This document shows, one piece after another, positions 52,863 through 61,377 of a stretch of DNA of 64,000 nt; position 1 is the stretch's first letter; each line of letters starts with the position of its first letter. The DNA comes from an uncultured archaeon. GTDB lineage: Archaea > Nanobdellota > Nanobdellia > Pacearchaeales > GW2011-AR1. Both the position numbers and the translations under genes were made by a program. Location: assembly GCA_902385635.1 (NCBI GenBank), contig CABMGN010000004.1, positions 21 to 64,020 on the forward strand, written 5' to 3'. The notes under the pieces were generated by a model that worked only from the letters and a program-made list of their open reading frames with translations, made no database searches and was not told the DNA's origin.

Positions 52863-53444
52863 ATGAGGCACTTTGTTTATTTCTCACGTCATGCACAAAC
52901 AAGTGGGAACTTTGATGTTCATGATTTAATGCGTGCTGGAAGAATGGATATTGCAATTCACAGTTTGATCGCAGGTTTATTTCTAAGTCACGATTTTAGA
53001 AAGGATGCTATTTTTCATCTTGTTTTCTACGGACAACCAGATCCGCCAAAACATATTGAGATACAAATTAAAGATGAGACTGTAATAAGCAAAAAGGATG
53101 TTGCAAATCTTATTAAGAAAGTCCTTTACAAATATCGAGAGGGAGAAAAACACGAAGTATTCCCGGGAATTTCTGTTGAGAAGAAATCAGTAATGAAGCT
53201 CATAGAAGAATTGGAAAAAGAAGGAAATGAAATCTTTATCTTAGACAAGAAAGGAGAAAGCCTTCGAAAAGTAAAAATTCCTGAAGATTGCGCTTTTGTT
53301 CTAGGAGATCAGGATGGAATTCCGCTGAAGGAGTTAAAAAGATTAAAAAAATTAATGACTCCGGTCTCTATTGGCCCGAAAACCTATTTTGCTTCACAGA
53401 CTGTTGCGATTGTAAACAACGAGCTGGATGTTAGGGGAATTTAA
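52863..53444 (+). CDS. trmY: tRNA (pseudouridine54-N1)-methyltransferase TrmY (SPOUT)
   Basis: 'RHFVYFSRHAQTSGNFDVHDLMRAGRMDIAIHSLIAGLFLSH', C-terminal 'LGDQDG'. Confidence 0.8.
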   Translation: MRHFVYFSRHAQTSGNFDVHDLMRAGRMDIAIHSLIAGLFLSHDFRKDAIFHLVFYGQPDPPKHIEIQIKDETVISKKDVANLIKKVLYKYREGEKHEVFPGISVEKKSVMKLIEELEKEGNEIFILDKKGESLRKVKIPEDCAFVLGDQDGIPLKELKRLKKLMTPVSIGPKTYFASQTVAIVNNELDVRGI

Positions 53445-53580
53445 AATCTTCCGGTTCTAATCGAAACCAAAGTCTGTATTTCTTCGGTTCCAACACCAAT
53501 CTTTTGCAATTCGTTCATCTCTTCTTGCAATTGACGGTTTAAGTTCCGCCTGTCTACAAATTTTTTTTGTTTCATTTTGA

Positions 53581-53741
53581 GTTAAGCCCCTGTAATGGCC
53601 TTCCGAAGAAGGCCAGAACTCAACAAGGGCTGATCGGAGTAAATCCGACCTGATGGTGAAAAGAGGTTTGTTGAGTATGAACCTGCGCAATGAAGCGCAG
53701 GTGATGGTGAGTATCATGCCCCTTAAAATCTAAGGAGCCGG
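53581..53741. ncRNA. GC-rich structured RNA candidate (family and strand unresolved)
   Basis: Local G+C is far above the flanking DNA. Three adjacent perfect helices: 53597-53614 (7 bp, cUUCGg loop if read on minus), 53618-53626/53668-53676 (9 bp) enclosing hairpin 53632-53650, and 53681-53702 (8 bp). TGATGGTGA occurs twice. The only ORF here is low quality. Confidence 0.4.
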
Positions 53742-53876
53742 AATATGAAATTCAACTTTCCTTGATTATCTGAGAGTTCTCCTTTATTAATCACTTATGA
53801 ACACTTCTTCTAGAAACCTCGACTAGAAAGCGGTTTCACAAGCCTTTTAAAGAATAAACTGTTTTTCGACGGTGAT

Positions 53877-54584
53877 ATGAAGATTGCCTTTACACCAGAC
53901 TGGTTTCTAGGAACAGATGTTTTGATTGAAATTTTTAGTTTTGCCGTTCTTCTGATATTTTTTATTCTATGTGTTAGAAGCTATAAATTAACTAAAAATA
54001 AGAGCACAGTTTATTTGGGGGCAGGTTTTCTTGCAATAGCACTAGCAGAAATTTTTACTATCTTAACAAAACTTATACTATTCTATGATACAACCTTTAC
54101 CCAAGAGATAGGGCACATGATTATTACGTATCACGTTGTGAAATCCGTAGATATCTTTTACTACCTTGGATTTTTTTTACATAAAATATTTACTCTTCTA
54201 GGATTCTATATCATCTACAAGATCCCGTCTAAAAAAGGAACTACTGAAGATTATATTATAGGTGCGTGTTTTATAATAATCGCTGCAGCATTCAGCCAGG
54301 TCTTTTATTATGTTTTCCACATAACTATCTTAGTTCTTCTAGGGTTAATTATCTATAACTATAGCAAGATATATAAGAAAAATAAATTAGAAACTACAAA
54401 AATACTTCTAGTTGCGTTCTGGATTTTAGCAGTAAGCCACCTGCTACTTTGCCTTTCAACACTTCAGATAGTATATGTTTTCGGACAGGTGCTTCAACTA
54501 GTAAGCTATTTAACTCTTCTAATTCTTATTATAGGAATAAGGAAATATGGAAAAGAAAAGAGCAAGAAACGACATAATCTTTGA
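53877..54584 (+). CDS. polytopic membrane protein (7 TM)
   Basis: 235-aa hydrophobic ORF. No family recognised. Confidence 0.5.
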   Translation: MKIAFTPDWFLGTDVLIEIFSFAVLLIFFILCVRSYKLTKNKSTVYLGAGFLAIALAEIFTILTKLILFYDTTFTQEIGHMIITYHVVKSVDIFYYLGFFLHKIFTLLGFYIIYKIPSKKGTTEDYIIGACFIIIAAAFSQVFYYVFHITILVLLGLIIYNYSKIYKKNKLETTKILLVAFWILAVSHLLLCLSTLQIVYVFGQVLQLVSYLTLLILIIGIRKYGKEKSKKRHNL

Positions 54585-54807
54585 TATTCTTTCTATAATT
54601 CAGGAGAAAAGAGGCAAGATTAAGCCGACACATTTAATGTATAAAGCAAATCTCTCTCATGTTCAGATGAAAAAATATCTAGAAGAATTAGAAAGAAATA
54701 GTCTGGTTAAGAAAAACTTGGGAATGATTGAAATAACTCAGAAGGGAAGAGAGTTTTTCCTCAAATACCAGCAGATGAGAGAGTTTGAAAAGACTTTTGG
54801 GCTATAG
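54547..54807 (+). CDS. winged-helix DNA-binding protein (HTH_45-like)
   Basis: '[12 protein letters not shown].....[30 protein letters not shown]'. Confidence 0.65.
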   Translation: MEKKRARNDIIFDILSIIQEKRGKIKPTHLMYKANLSHVQMKKYLEELERNSLVKKNLGMIEITQKGREFFLKYQQMREFEKTFGL

Positions 54808-54841
54808 TTAAGTATAAAAAAGAAAATCGCTTCTGTTAAGT

Positions 54842-55117
54842 ATGAAAAAGTCGGTAAGAATTTACATTGATGGAACAGTTCAAGGAATATTCTTTAGAGA
54901 GTTTGTTAAAGAAAATGCTGAGAAGTATAATGTGAAGGGGTTCGTGAGGAACCTAGATAACGGAAAGGTTGAAGCATTTTTAGAAGGAACTCCAGAAGAT
55001 GTTGAAAAAGTTGTTGAAATCTGCAAGAAAGGACCAAAACACGCACAGATAAGAAATGTTGAAATCAAAGAAGAAAAATATCAGGGTTTCAAAGAGTTCA
55101 AAGTAATGCACATCTAA
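54842..55117 (+). CDS. acyP: acylphosphatase
   Basis: 'IDGTVQGIFFREFV...A....V.GFVRNL.NGKVEAFLEG'. Confidence 0.85.
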   Translation: MKKSVRIYIDGTVQGIFFREFVKENAEKYNVKGFVRNLDNGKVEAFLEGTPEDVEKVVEICKKGPKHAQIRNVEIKEEKYQGFKEFKVMHI

Positions 55118-56682
55118 TTAGAGTTCTCACTATTCAAATCAAACTTTCTATCTGCAACTCTCTCGACAAAGTATCTATCATGTGAAACAAAGATTATTGT
55201 CCCGGGATAATCTCTAAGTGCTTTCTCAAATGTTTCAATTAATCCTAGGTCTAGATTATTTGTTGGTTCGTCAAGGACTAGAACGTTACAATTTTTTAGC
55301 ATAAGTCTAACTAAGTTCAACCTTGCCTTCTCTCCACCGCTTAAAGATTTAATTTTATCTCGGAGTTTATCTACTGGAAAACCAAATCTAACTGCGTATG
55401 AAATAAGGGCACTATCTTTATGGCCTGGAAAATTGTTCAGAAAAAAATCTTGAACTCTTTGATTCTGATCCAGATCCCTAAGCTCTTGGTCAAAATAACC
55501 TATATCTACATTAATCCCGTTTTGAACATCTCCAGAATCTGGTTTTATTAGGCCGCAGAGGATTTTTAACAAAGTAGTCTTTCCAGATCCATTTGGACCT
55601 TCGATAACTACCCTTTCTCCCTTATGCACAACTAGATTAACACCATTCAAAACTTTGTGATTATCAAAAGATTTCCAAAGATCTTTAGCAGAAAGTATCA
55701 TTTTTCCAGAAGTTTTGCCTTCTGTAAAATTAAATTTGAATGTTTTCTTGATTTCGTTAGGATTTGTAATCTTTGGAAGAGCATTGGCTCTTCTTTCAAG
55801 TTCGTCAGCGAACATCTTTAATGTATGATTACATTTAAACTGAGCCCATTCTCGCTTTTCTTGAGAAGAATCTAAAAGTCTCTTACGTTCTTTTTCAACA
55901 CTCCTAAACTTTTCTTCTAAAACTAGGAGATGTTCTTCTCTTTGAACTTTATATTCTTCATAATTTCCGTGATATATCTCAAAATGTAAGTCTTCAATTT
56001 CAACAACCTTATTCACTATTCTGTTGAGGAAGTATCTATCATGAGAGACGATCAAAAGAGCGCGGTCTAACTTATGGAGGAAGTTTTCTAGCCAAGCAAC
56101 AGATCTCAAGTCAAGATGATTCGTGGGTTCATCTAGTATGTAAAAATCTGCGTCTTTAGAAAGACACTCTGCAAGCCTAAGCTTGATCTTCTGCCCTCCA
56201 CTTAGGGTAGAGATTGGTTTAGAATAATCTTCTTCTACAAAGTTAAGTTCTTCTAAAATTTTTCTTATTTTAGTTTCTTCTACTCCTTCTGTTTTTCTTG
56301 CGAGTAAAAGTTCGTACTCTCCGATTACCTTTTCAAAAGAGACGCTGTCCTCGTAAAGTGCAGAATTAGAAAGTGTCTCTTCGCATTTCTTAATCTTATC
56401 AAGAATAATTTGTTTCTTGTTCTTTAGGTAGTTTTCAAAGGTATCATATTGCGCATCAAAATCTTTTTCCTGCTCCATTACGCTGATTTTTATCCCTTTA
56501 GTTATCTCGACAAGTCCTTCATAGAATTCGTCTCCAGAGATACATTTAATGAAGGTAGACTTGCCAGTACCATTTTTCCCAATCAAAGCTATTTTGTCTT
56601 CTTTGTGAAAAAGAAGGTTAACATCCTTGAAAAGAACCTTGCTTCCAAACGATTTTGAAAAATTTTTAACTCTTAGTATCAT
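55114..56682 (-). CDS. ABC-F family ATPase (tandem ABC domains, no TMD)
   Basis: Two Walker A motifs ('GKNGTGKST', 'GPNGSGKTT'), two signatures ('LSGGQK', 'LSGGEK'), and 'SHDRYFL' twice. The inter-domain linker has 'YHGNYEEY'. Confidence 0.85.
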   Translation of the reverse strand: MILRVKNFSKSFGSKVLFKDVNLLFHKEDKIALIGKNGTGKSTFIKCISGDEFYEGLVEITKGIKISVMEQEKDFDAQYDTFENYLKNKKQIILDKIKKCEETLSNSALYEDSVSFEKVIGEYELLLARKTEGVEETKIRKILEELNFVEEDYSKPISTLSGGQKIKLRLAECLSKDADFYILDEPTNHLDLRSVAWLENFLHKLDRALLIVSHDRYFLNRIVNKVVEIEDLHFEIYHGNYEEYKVQREEHLLVLEEKFRSVEKERKRLLDSSQEKREWAQFKCNHTLKMFADELERRANALPKITNPNEIKKTFKFNFTEGKTSGKMILSAKDLWKSFDNHKVLNGVNLVVHKGERVVIEGPNGSGKTTLLKILCGLIKPDSGDVQNGINVDIGYFDQELRDLDQNQRVQDFFLNNFPGHKDSALISYAVRFGFPVDKLRDKIKSLSGGEKARLNLVRLMLKNCNVLVLDEPTNNLDLGLIETFEKALRDYPGTIIFVSHDRYFVERVADRKFDLNSENSN

Positions 56683-56897
56683 TTTAAAATTAAGAGAAAC
56701 TTCAGCAAAAAAAATAAAATTAACTTAGAATTTTAGAAAATTTTGCATAGAAGTCCTCTATGGAATTTAGAATTTATGCACAAGCAAAAGCAGACAAGCT
56801 ATATTGAAGAAATCTACCTTTCTTATTGTCTATAGCTTTTGTCATAAAACCAGATACAGCGAAGTATATATAAATCTTTCGGGATAATAAATATAAA

Positions 56898-57302
56898 ATG
56901 ATATACACAAATTCCGATGGCGGAGCAAGAGGAAATCCTGGGCCAGGAGCAATAGGGGTTCTTGTTAGAAATGAAGGAAAAATTCTTTCAAAGTATAGTA
57001 TGAGAATTGGAAAATTAGTTACTAATAATGTTGCGGAATATGAAGCACTAATCAAAGTTCTGGAAATTGCCTCTAAGCATACTGACGGGGAATTAACATG
57101 TAATCTGGATTCTGAACTAGTCGTAAATCAACTTCTTGGAAAGTATAAAGTTAGAGATCCAAGATTAATGGAGCTATTTTTGAAAGTACAAAAATTGCAA
57201 GAGAGATTTAAAAAAATAACTTACGTGCATGTTCCAAGGGAAGATACGTTTCAGAAGATTGTTGATGAAATGTTGAATGAAGAGTTAGATAAAAAAGAAT
57301 AA
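56898..57302 (+). CDS. rnhA: ribonuclease HI (type 1)
   Basis: 'SDGGARGNPGPGAIGVLV', 'TNNVAEYEALI', 'DSELVVNQL'. Confidence 0.8.
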   Translation: MIYTNSDGGARGNPGPGAIGVLVRNEGKILSKYSMRIGKLVTNNVAEYEALIKVLEIASKHTDGELTCNLDSELVVNQLLGKYKVRDPRLMELFLKVQKLQERFKKITYVHVPREDTFQKIVDEMLNEELDKKE

Positions 57303-57339
57303 CAATAATTCTTAAAAACTGAGCTTAAGTTTGAAAAAG

Positions 57340-58668
57340 ATGTCTTTAATTGTCTCGAAGTATGGTGGAAGCTCAAGTACTTGCACTGAAGATGTAAAAA
57401 GAAAGAAGTTTATTGCAGAAGCAGATCCACGTAGAAAAATTATTGTTTTATCTGCACACGGAAAGTTAGCTGGAGAAGACAAGGATACAGACTTATTAAT
57501 CAAACTATCAAGGAATAGTGACCCTTCTTTAAAACAAAAACTTCTAGACAAAGCAAGATTTATTTATACTGAACTTCCAAGAGCAGCATTTAACGAGGTA
57601 GAACAAGAACTGGAGAGAAGACTACAAACAACTGGCGAAAGCAGAGAAGATGCAATAAAATCTTGGGGAGAGTATGCTTGTGCAAAATTGACTGCAAATG
57701 CATTAGGGTTTGAATTTATTGATCCACGCGAATTATTTGTTTTAACTCCTGAGTTTGGGAATGCAAAAATACTTGAGTCTTCTAGGGGATTGATAAGAAA
57801 AAGATTAGAAACCATAAAAGGTGTTTGCGTAATCCCTGGCTTTTATGGATATACTGAAGACGGTTTAATTGCAACTTTAAGCAGGGGAGGCTCGGATCTA
57901 ACCGGAGCATACGTTGCAGCAGCACTTGGTGCGGAGATTTATGAAAATTTCACAGATAGCCCTGTTTTAACAACTGATCCTAAATTAATCTCTAAAAATC
58001 CGGCAGTAATTAAACAAATAACTTATAAGGAGCTTAGGGATTTGTCTTATTCTGGTTTTGGTATTTTCCATCCCGAAGCAGTTCTACCTGTAAAAAAAGA
58101 AGGTATCCCGATTCATGTTAGATCCACCACAAAATTTCCAGAGGAAGGAACGTATGTTATGCAAAACAGACTGTGTCGGACAGATAGGCCTGTTGTAGGA
58201 ATTGCCTTTAAGGGAGGGTATTGTGCAATCGACATTCAGAAAGATGGATTAAACGAACAAAGGGGAGTTGGAAGAAAATTGTTGGAAATATTGGACAGGA
58301 ATAAACTAAGCTACGAACTCATGCCGGGGGCAATAGATGATATTTCAATTATATTACAACAGAATCAGATGGGTGATCAACTTCTGAATAGAGTAATGGG
58401 GGAGATGTATGGAGCCGTCGGAGATAATGACGCTGAAGTTAAGCATAGAGAGAATCTCGGAATTTTAGTTGTAGCTGGAAAAGGAATAAGCCAGAGCGGA
58501 AATATTGAATCGCGAATACATGGGGCCCTAGAAAGAGCACATGTTAACGATCAATTTGGCTCGAAGGGAAGCACTAAGAGATGTATAATTTGTGGGATAT
58601 ACGAAACAGACGGGCCTAGAGCGGTTCAAGCATTATTTGAAGAATTTCCGTATTTATTCGCAGCATAA
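57340..58668 (+). CDS. lysC: aspartate kinase (amino-acid kinase fold plus ACT-like C-terminus)
   Basis: 'IVSKYGGSS', 'VIPGFYG', 'LSRGGSDLTGA', 'TDSPVLTTDP'. Confidence 0.7.
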   Translation: MSLIVSKYGGSSSTCTEDVKRKKFIAEADPRRKIIVLSAHGKLAGEDKDTDLLIKLSRNSDPSLKQKLLDKARFIYTELPRAAFNEVEQELERRLQTTGESREDAIKSWGEYACAKLTANALGFEFIDPRELFVLTPEFGNAKILESSRGLIRKRLETIKGVCVIPGFYGYTEDGLIATLSRGGSDLTGAYVAAALGAEIYENFTDSPVLTTDPKLISKNPAVIKQITYKELRDLSYSGFGIFHPEAVLPVKKEGIPIHVRSTTKFPEEGTYVMQNRLCRTDRPVVGIAFKGGYCAIDIQKDGLNEQRGVGRKLLEILDRNKLSYELMPGAIDDISIILQQNQMGDQLLNRVMGEMYGAVGDNDAEVKHRENLGILVVAGKGISQSGNIESRIHGALERAHVNDQFGSKGSTKRCIICGIYETDGPRAVQALFEEFPYLFAA

Positions 58669-58700
58669 AAATTAATAAACTATTTTTCTCTATAAAAAAC

Positions 58701-60809
58701 ATGGGAAGAGAAGACCAAATCATTAATGAAAGACTCAGAAAAATAAAAGAGCTGAGAGAACTAAAGATAAATCCGTATGCACATAAATTTGATAGAAAAC
58801 ATCTTTGTGCTGAACTTCACGAAAAGTATAAAAAATTAAAGAATGAAGAGAAAACCAAAGACAAAGCAATTGTTGCGGGAAGGCTTCTAATTAAGAGAGA
58901 TCTAGGAAAAATATCATTTGCAACCCTTCAAGACGGATCTGGAAGAATTCAGATAATTCTACAGGATGAGGCAACACCCGAAGAGCTAATGAAGTTTTTT
59001 AAGAAATATGTTGATGCTGGAGATTTTGTTGGGGTTGAAGGATTAATTATGAAATCAAAAACTGGAGAGCTTTCTGTTTTAGTAAAAAAGTTAGAGTTAC
59101 TTACAAAATCTATTTTACCCCTACCTGAAAAATTCCACGGTTTGCAAGATGAGGATGAAAGGTTGAGAAAAAGATATCTAGAAATTATCATGAATCCAGA
59201 AGTTAAAGAATTGTTTGTAAAGAAACAGAAGTTCTGGAGCACAATAAGAAATTTCTTACTTGAAAGAGGATTCCTCGAAGTTGAAACGCCCGCTTTAGAG
59301 AATTCCGCAGGTGGAGCATCAGCAACTCCTTTTTCAACACACCACAATGCTCTTGATCTTGATGTTTATCTTAGAATTTCCATGGGAGAATTATGGCAGA
59401 AAAAACTAATGGTTGCAGGTTATGATAAAACATTTGAGATTGGAAGACAGTTTAGAAACGAAGGGATGGACATGGAACACCTTCAGGATTATACTCAGAT
59501 GGAATTCTATTGGGCTTATGCAGACTATCAAGATGGAATGAAAATTGTAGAAGAAATGTACAAAGAAGTTGCAAAAGCAGTTCTAGGAACATTAAAGTTT
59601 GAAACTCACGGGTATAAAGTTGATCTTGGAAAAAAATGGGAAGTCTACGATTACGAAGAGGTTATCAAAAAGCATACTAAAGTAGATATTTACAAAGCAA
59701 ACATAAAAGAGATTAAAGAAAAATTAAAAGAGTTAGAAGTAGAATACGACGAGTCTGTGGATAAGTGGAGACTTGTTGATGTACTCTGGAAGTTTACAAG
59801 GAAACAACTTTCAGGTCCAGGGTTTTTAACAGGCCAGCCGGTAGAAGTTTCTCCGTTAGCAAAGAGAAATCCAAAAGATCCAAGAAAAGTTGAACAATTC
59901 CAGGTTATTATTGCTGGAACAGAGTTGGGAAATGGTTATTCTGAATTAAATGACCCGATGGATCAGGAAGAGAGATTCATAAAACAAGCAGAGATGAAAG
60001 AAGCAGGAGATACAGAAGCGCAGGATCATGATAAAGAATTTGTTGAGGCCTTGAAGTATGGTATGCCGCCTACCTGCGGATTTGGAGTCAGCGAGAGATT
60101 CTTTGGATATTTAGTGAATAAACCATTAAGAGAGTGTGTTATTTTCCCGTTGATGAAACCGGAAGGGGGAACAAAAATTGAAGTTAAAAAAAGTTCTTCT
60201 AGCAGTGAAGAACCAAAAATTAATCTAAAATTACCAATGAAAAGAGAAAAAGCAATAGAGTTAATTAAAAAGTATAATAAAGACAAGCAAGATATGAACC
60301 ACTTTTTAGAAAGTGAAATCATAATGAAAGCCTTAGCTAAAAAGTTCGGAGAGAACGAAGAAGTTTGGGGAATGCTTGGATTACTACATGATATTGATTG
60401 GGGGGTTACTAAGAATAATTGGGCAGAGCATACAATAAAAGCAGAAGAAATCTTGAAGAAGGAAGGATTTGATGACGAATTTGTCAGAATAATCCAGAGT
60501 CATTGTTATGGGATGCAAATCATCCCTCTTTTGAGTAATAAAAAAAGAACAAGAAGAGTTGAGTATTCCCTTGCCGCAGGAGAAACACTTACTGGGCTTA
60601 TTTATGCATATGCTCTAATGCGTGGAGGAAAGATTTCTGACATGGATGCTAAGGGATTAATGAAAAAGTTTAAAGATCCGAGATTTGCTGCAAATTGTGA
60701 TAGGTCGATCATTAGAGAAAGTGAAAAACTTGGAATGAGCTTAGAAGAATTTTTTGAGTTGTCTATCAATGCGATAAAAGAGATTAAAGACGAGATCGGA
60801 TTGAAGTAA
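58701..60809 (+). CDS. lysS: class II lysyl-tRNA synthetase fused to a C-terminal HD-domain hydrolase (COG2316-like)
   Basis: OB-fold N-domain; motif 2 'FRNEGMDMEHLQDYTQMEFY'; motif 3 'GFGVSERF'. From about 60216 onward: 'GLLHDIDW...H......IL...G......II.SH', an HD domain. Confidence 0.88.
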   Translation: MGREDQIINERLRKIKELRELKINPYAHKFDRKHLCAELHEKYKKLKNEEKTKDKAIVAGRLLIKRDLGKISFATLQDGSGRIQIILQDEATPEELMKFFKKYVDAGDFVGVEGLIMKSKTGELSVLVKKLELLTKSILPLPEKFHGLQDEDERLRKRYLEIIMNPEVKELFVKKQKFWSTIRNFLLERGFLEVETPALENSAGGASATPFSTHHNALDLDVYLRISMGELWQKKLMVAGYDKTFEIGRQFRNEGMDMEHLQDYTQMEFYWAYADYQDGMKIVEEMYKEVAKAVLGTLKFETHGYKVDLGKKWEVYDYEEVIKKHTKVDIYKANIKEIKEKLKELEVEYDESVDKWRLVDVLWKFTRKQLSGPGFLTGQPVEVSPLAKRNPKDPRKVEQFQVIIAGTELGNGYSELNDPMDQEERFIKQAEMKEAGDTEAQDHDKEFVEALKYGMPPTCGFGVSERFFGYLVNKPLRECVIFPLMKPEGGTKIEVKKSSSSSEEPKINLKLPMKREKAIELIKKYNKDKQDMNHFLESEIIMKALAKKFGENEEVWGMLGLLHDIDWGVTKNNWAEHTIKAEEILKKEGFDDEFVRIIQSHCYGMQIIPLLSNKKRTRRVEYSLAAGETLTGLIYAYALMRGGKISDMDAKGLMKKFKDPRFAANCDRSIIRESEKLGMSLEEFFELSINAIKEIKDEIGLK

Positions 60810-60810
60810 A

Positions 60811-60999
60811 ATGCCAAACCTAGTTATAAAATCAAACATTAAGAAAAAAGTTGAAGAACTGGACAAAGAAAAAGAAGTTACATCTGTTGCAGAAGAAGTT
60901 GGAAGAGCTCTTGAAATAAAAGTTGAGGAAATTCTTAGAGAAGGAATAAAGCGTGCTAAAGAAAATAAAAGAAGAACTTTGCAGGCACGAGATTTATGA
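60811..60999 (+). CDS. 62-aa histone-fold-like (DUF1931-like) protein
   Basis: 'VTSVAEEVGRALEIKVEEILREGIKRAKENKRRTLQARDL' aligns by eye with the archaeal histone alpha1-L1-alpha2-L2 region '...AKHAGRKTIKAEDI'. Confidence 0.4.
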   Translation: MPNLVIKSNIKKKVEELDKEKEVTSVAEEVGRALEIKVEEILREGIKRAKENKRRTLQARDL

Positions 61000-61367
61000 A
61001 AATAAATGAAGGTGTTAAGAAGATAATTGAAGAAAATGCGTTAGGTCTAGCCACGGTGGATAAAGAAGGAAATCCCCATAATATTGCAGTTGGATATGTC
61101 AAAGTAATTTCAGAGGATGAACTACTAATTTCAGATAATTATCTTAAAGAAACTATTGAGAACATTAAGAAAAATCCAAATGTTGCACTAGTTGTTTGGG
61201 CCTCAAATTGGAAGGAAAATTGTGTAGGATATGAACTAAGGGGAAAAGCGGAATACTTCACATCTGGAAAGTATCATGAAGTTATTAAAAAAATTCCGAT
61301 AAATAAAGGTGAACCTTGCAAGGGAGCTATATTAGTGAAGGTACATAAAATAAAAGTTTTAGCTTAG
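60996..61367 (+). CDS. pyridoxamine-5'-phosphate-oxidase-like FMN-binding split-barrel protein
   Basis: 'LATVDKEGNPHNIAVGYVKV..ED.LLISDNYL.KT..NI..NP.VALVVW'. Confidence 0.6.
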   Translation: MKINEGVKKIIEENALGLATVDKEGNPHNIAVGYVKVISEDELLISDNYLKETIENIKKNPNVALVVWASNWKENCVGYELRGKAEYFTSGKYHEVIKKIPINKGEPCKGAILVKVHKIKVLA

Positions 61368-61377
61368 ATAACAAAAT

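Noticed and set aside
53441-53575. 44-aa minus-strand ORF (MKQKKFVDRRNLNRQLQEEMNELQKIGVGTEEIQTLVSIRTGRF)
   Set aside because: Plausible-looking helical peptide, but there is no SD motif and no recognisable family, and it overlaps the trmY stop. Not enough evidence to call.
53457-53717. 86-aa minus-strand ORF across the GC-rich island
   Set aside because: The reading frame runs through three perfect RNA-type hairpins and has an odd Arg/Cys/Trp-rich composition. The region is better explained as structured RNA.
53581-53741. Assignment of the structured RNA as SRP RNA, RNase P RNA or an H/ACA guide
   Set aside because: Only partial motif resemblances. There is no GNAR tetraloops for SRP helices 6/8, no GAGGAAAGUCC (CR-I) for RNase P, and no ACA box ~14 nt from a pseudouridylation pocket. 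Left unassigned rather than named.
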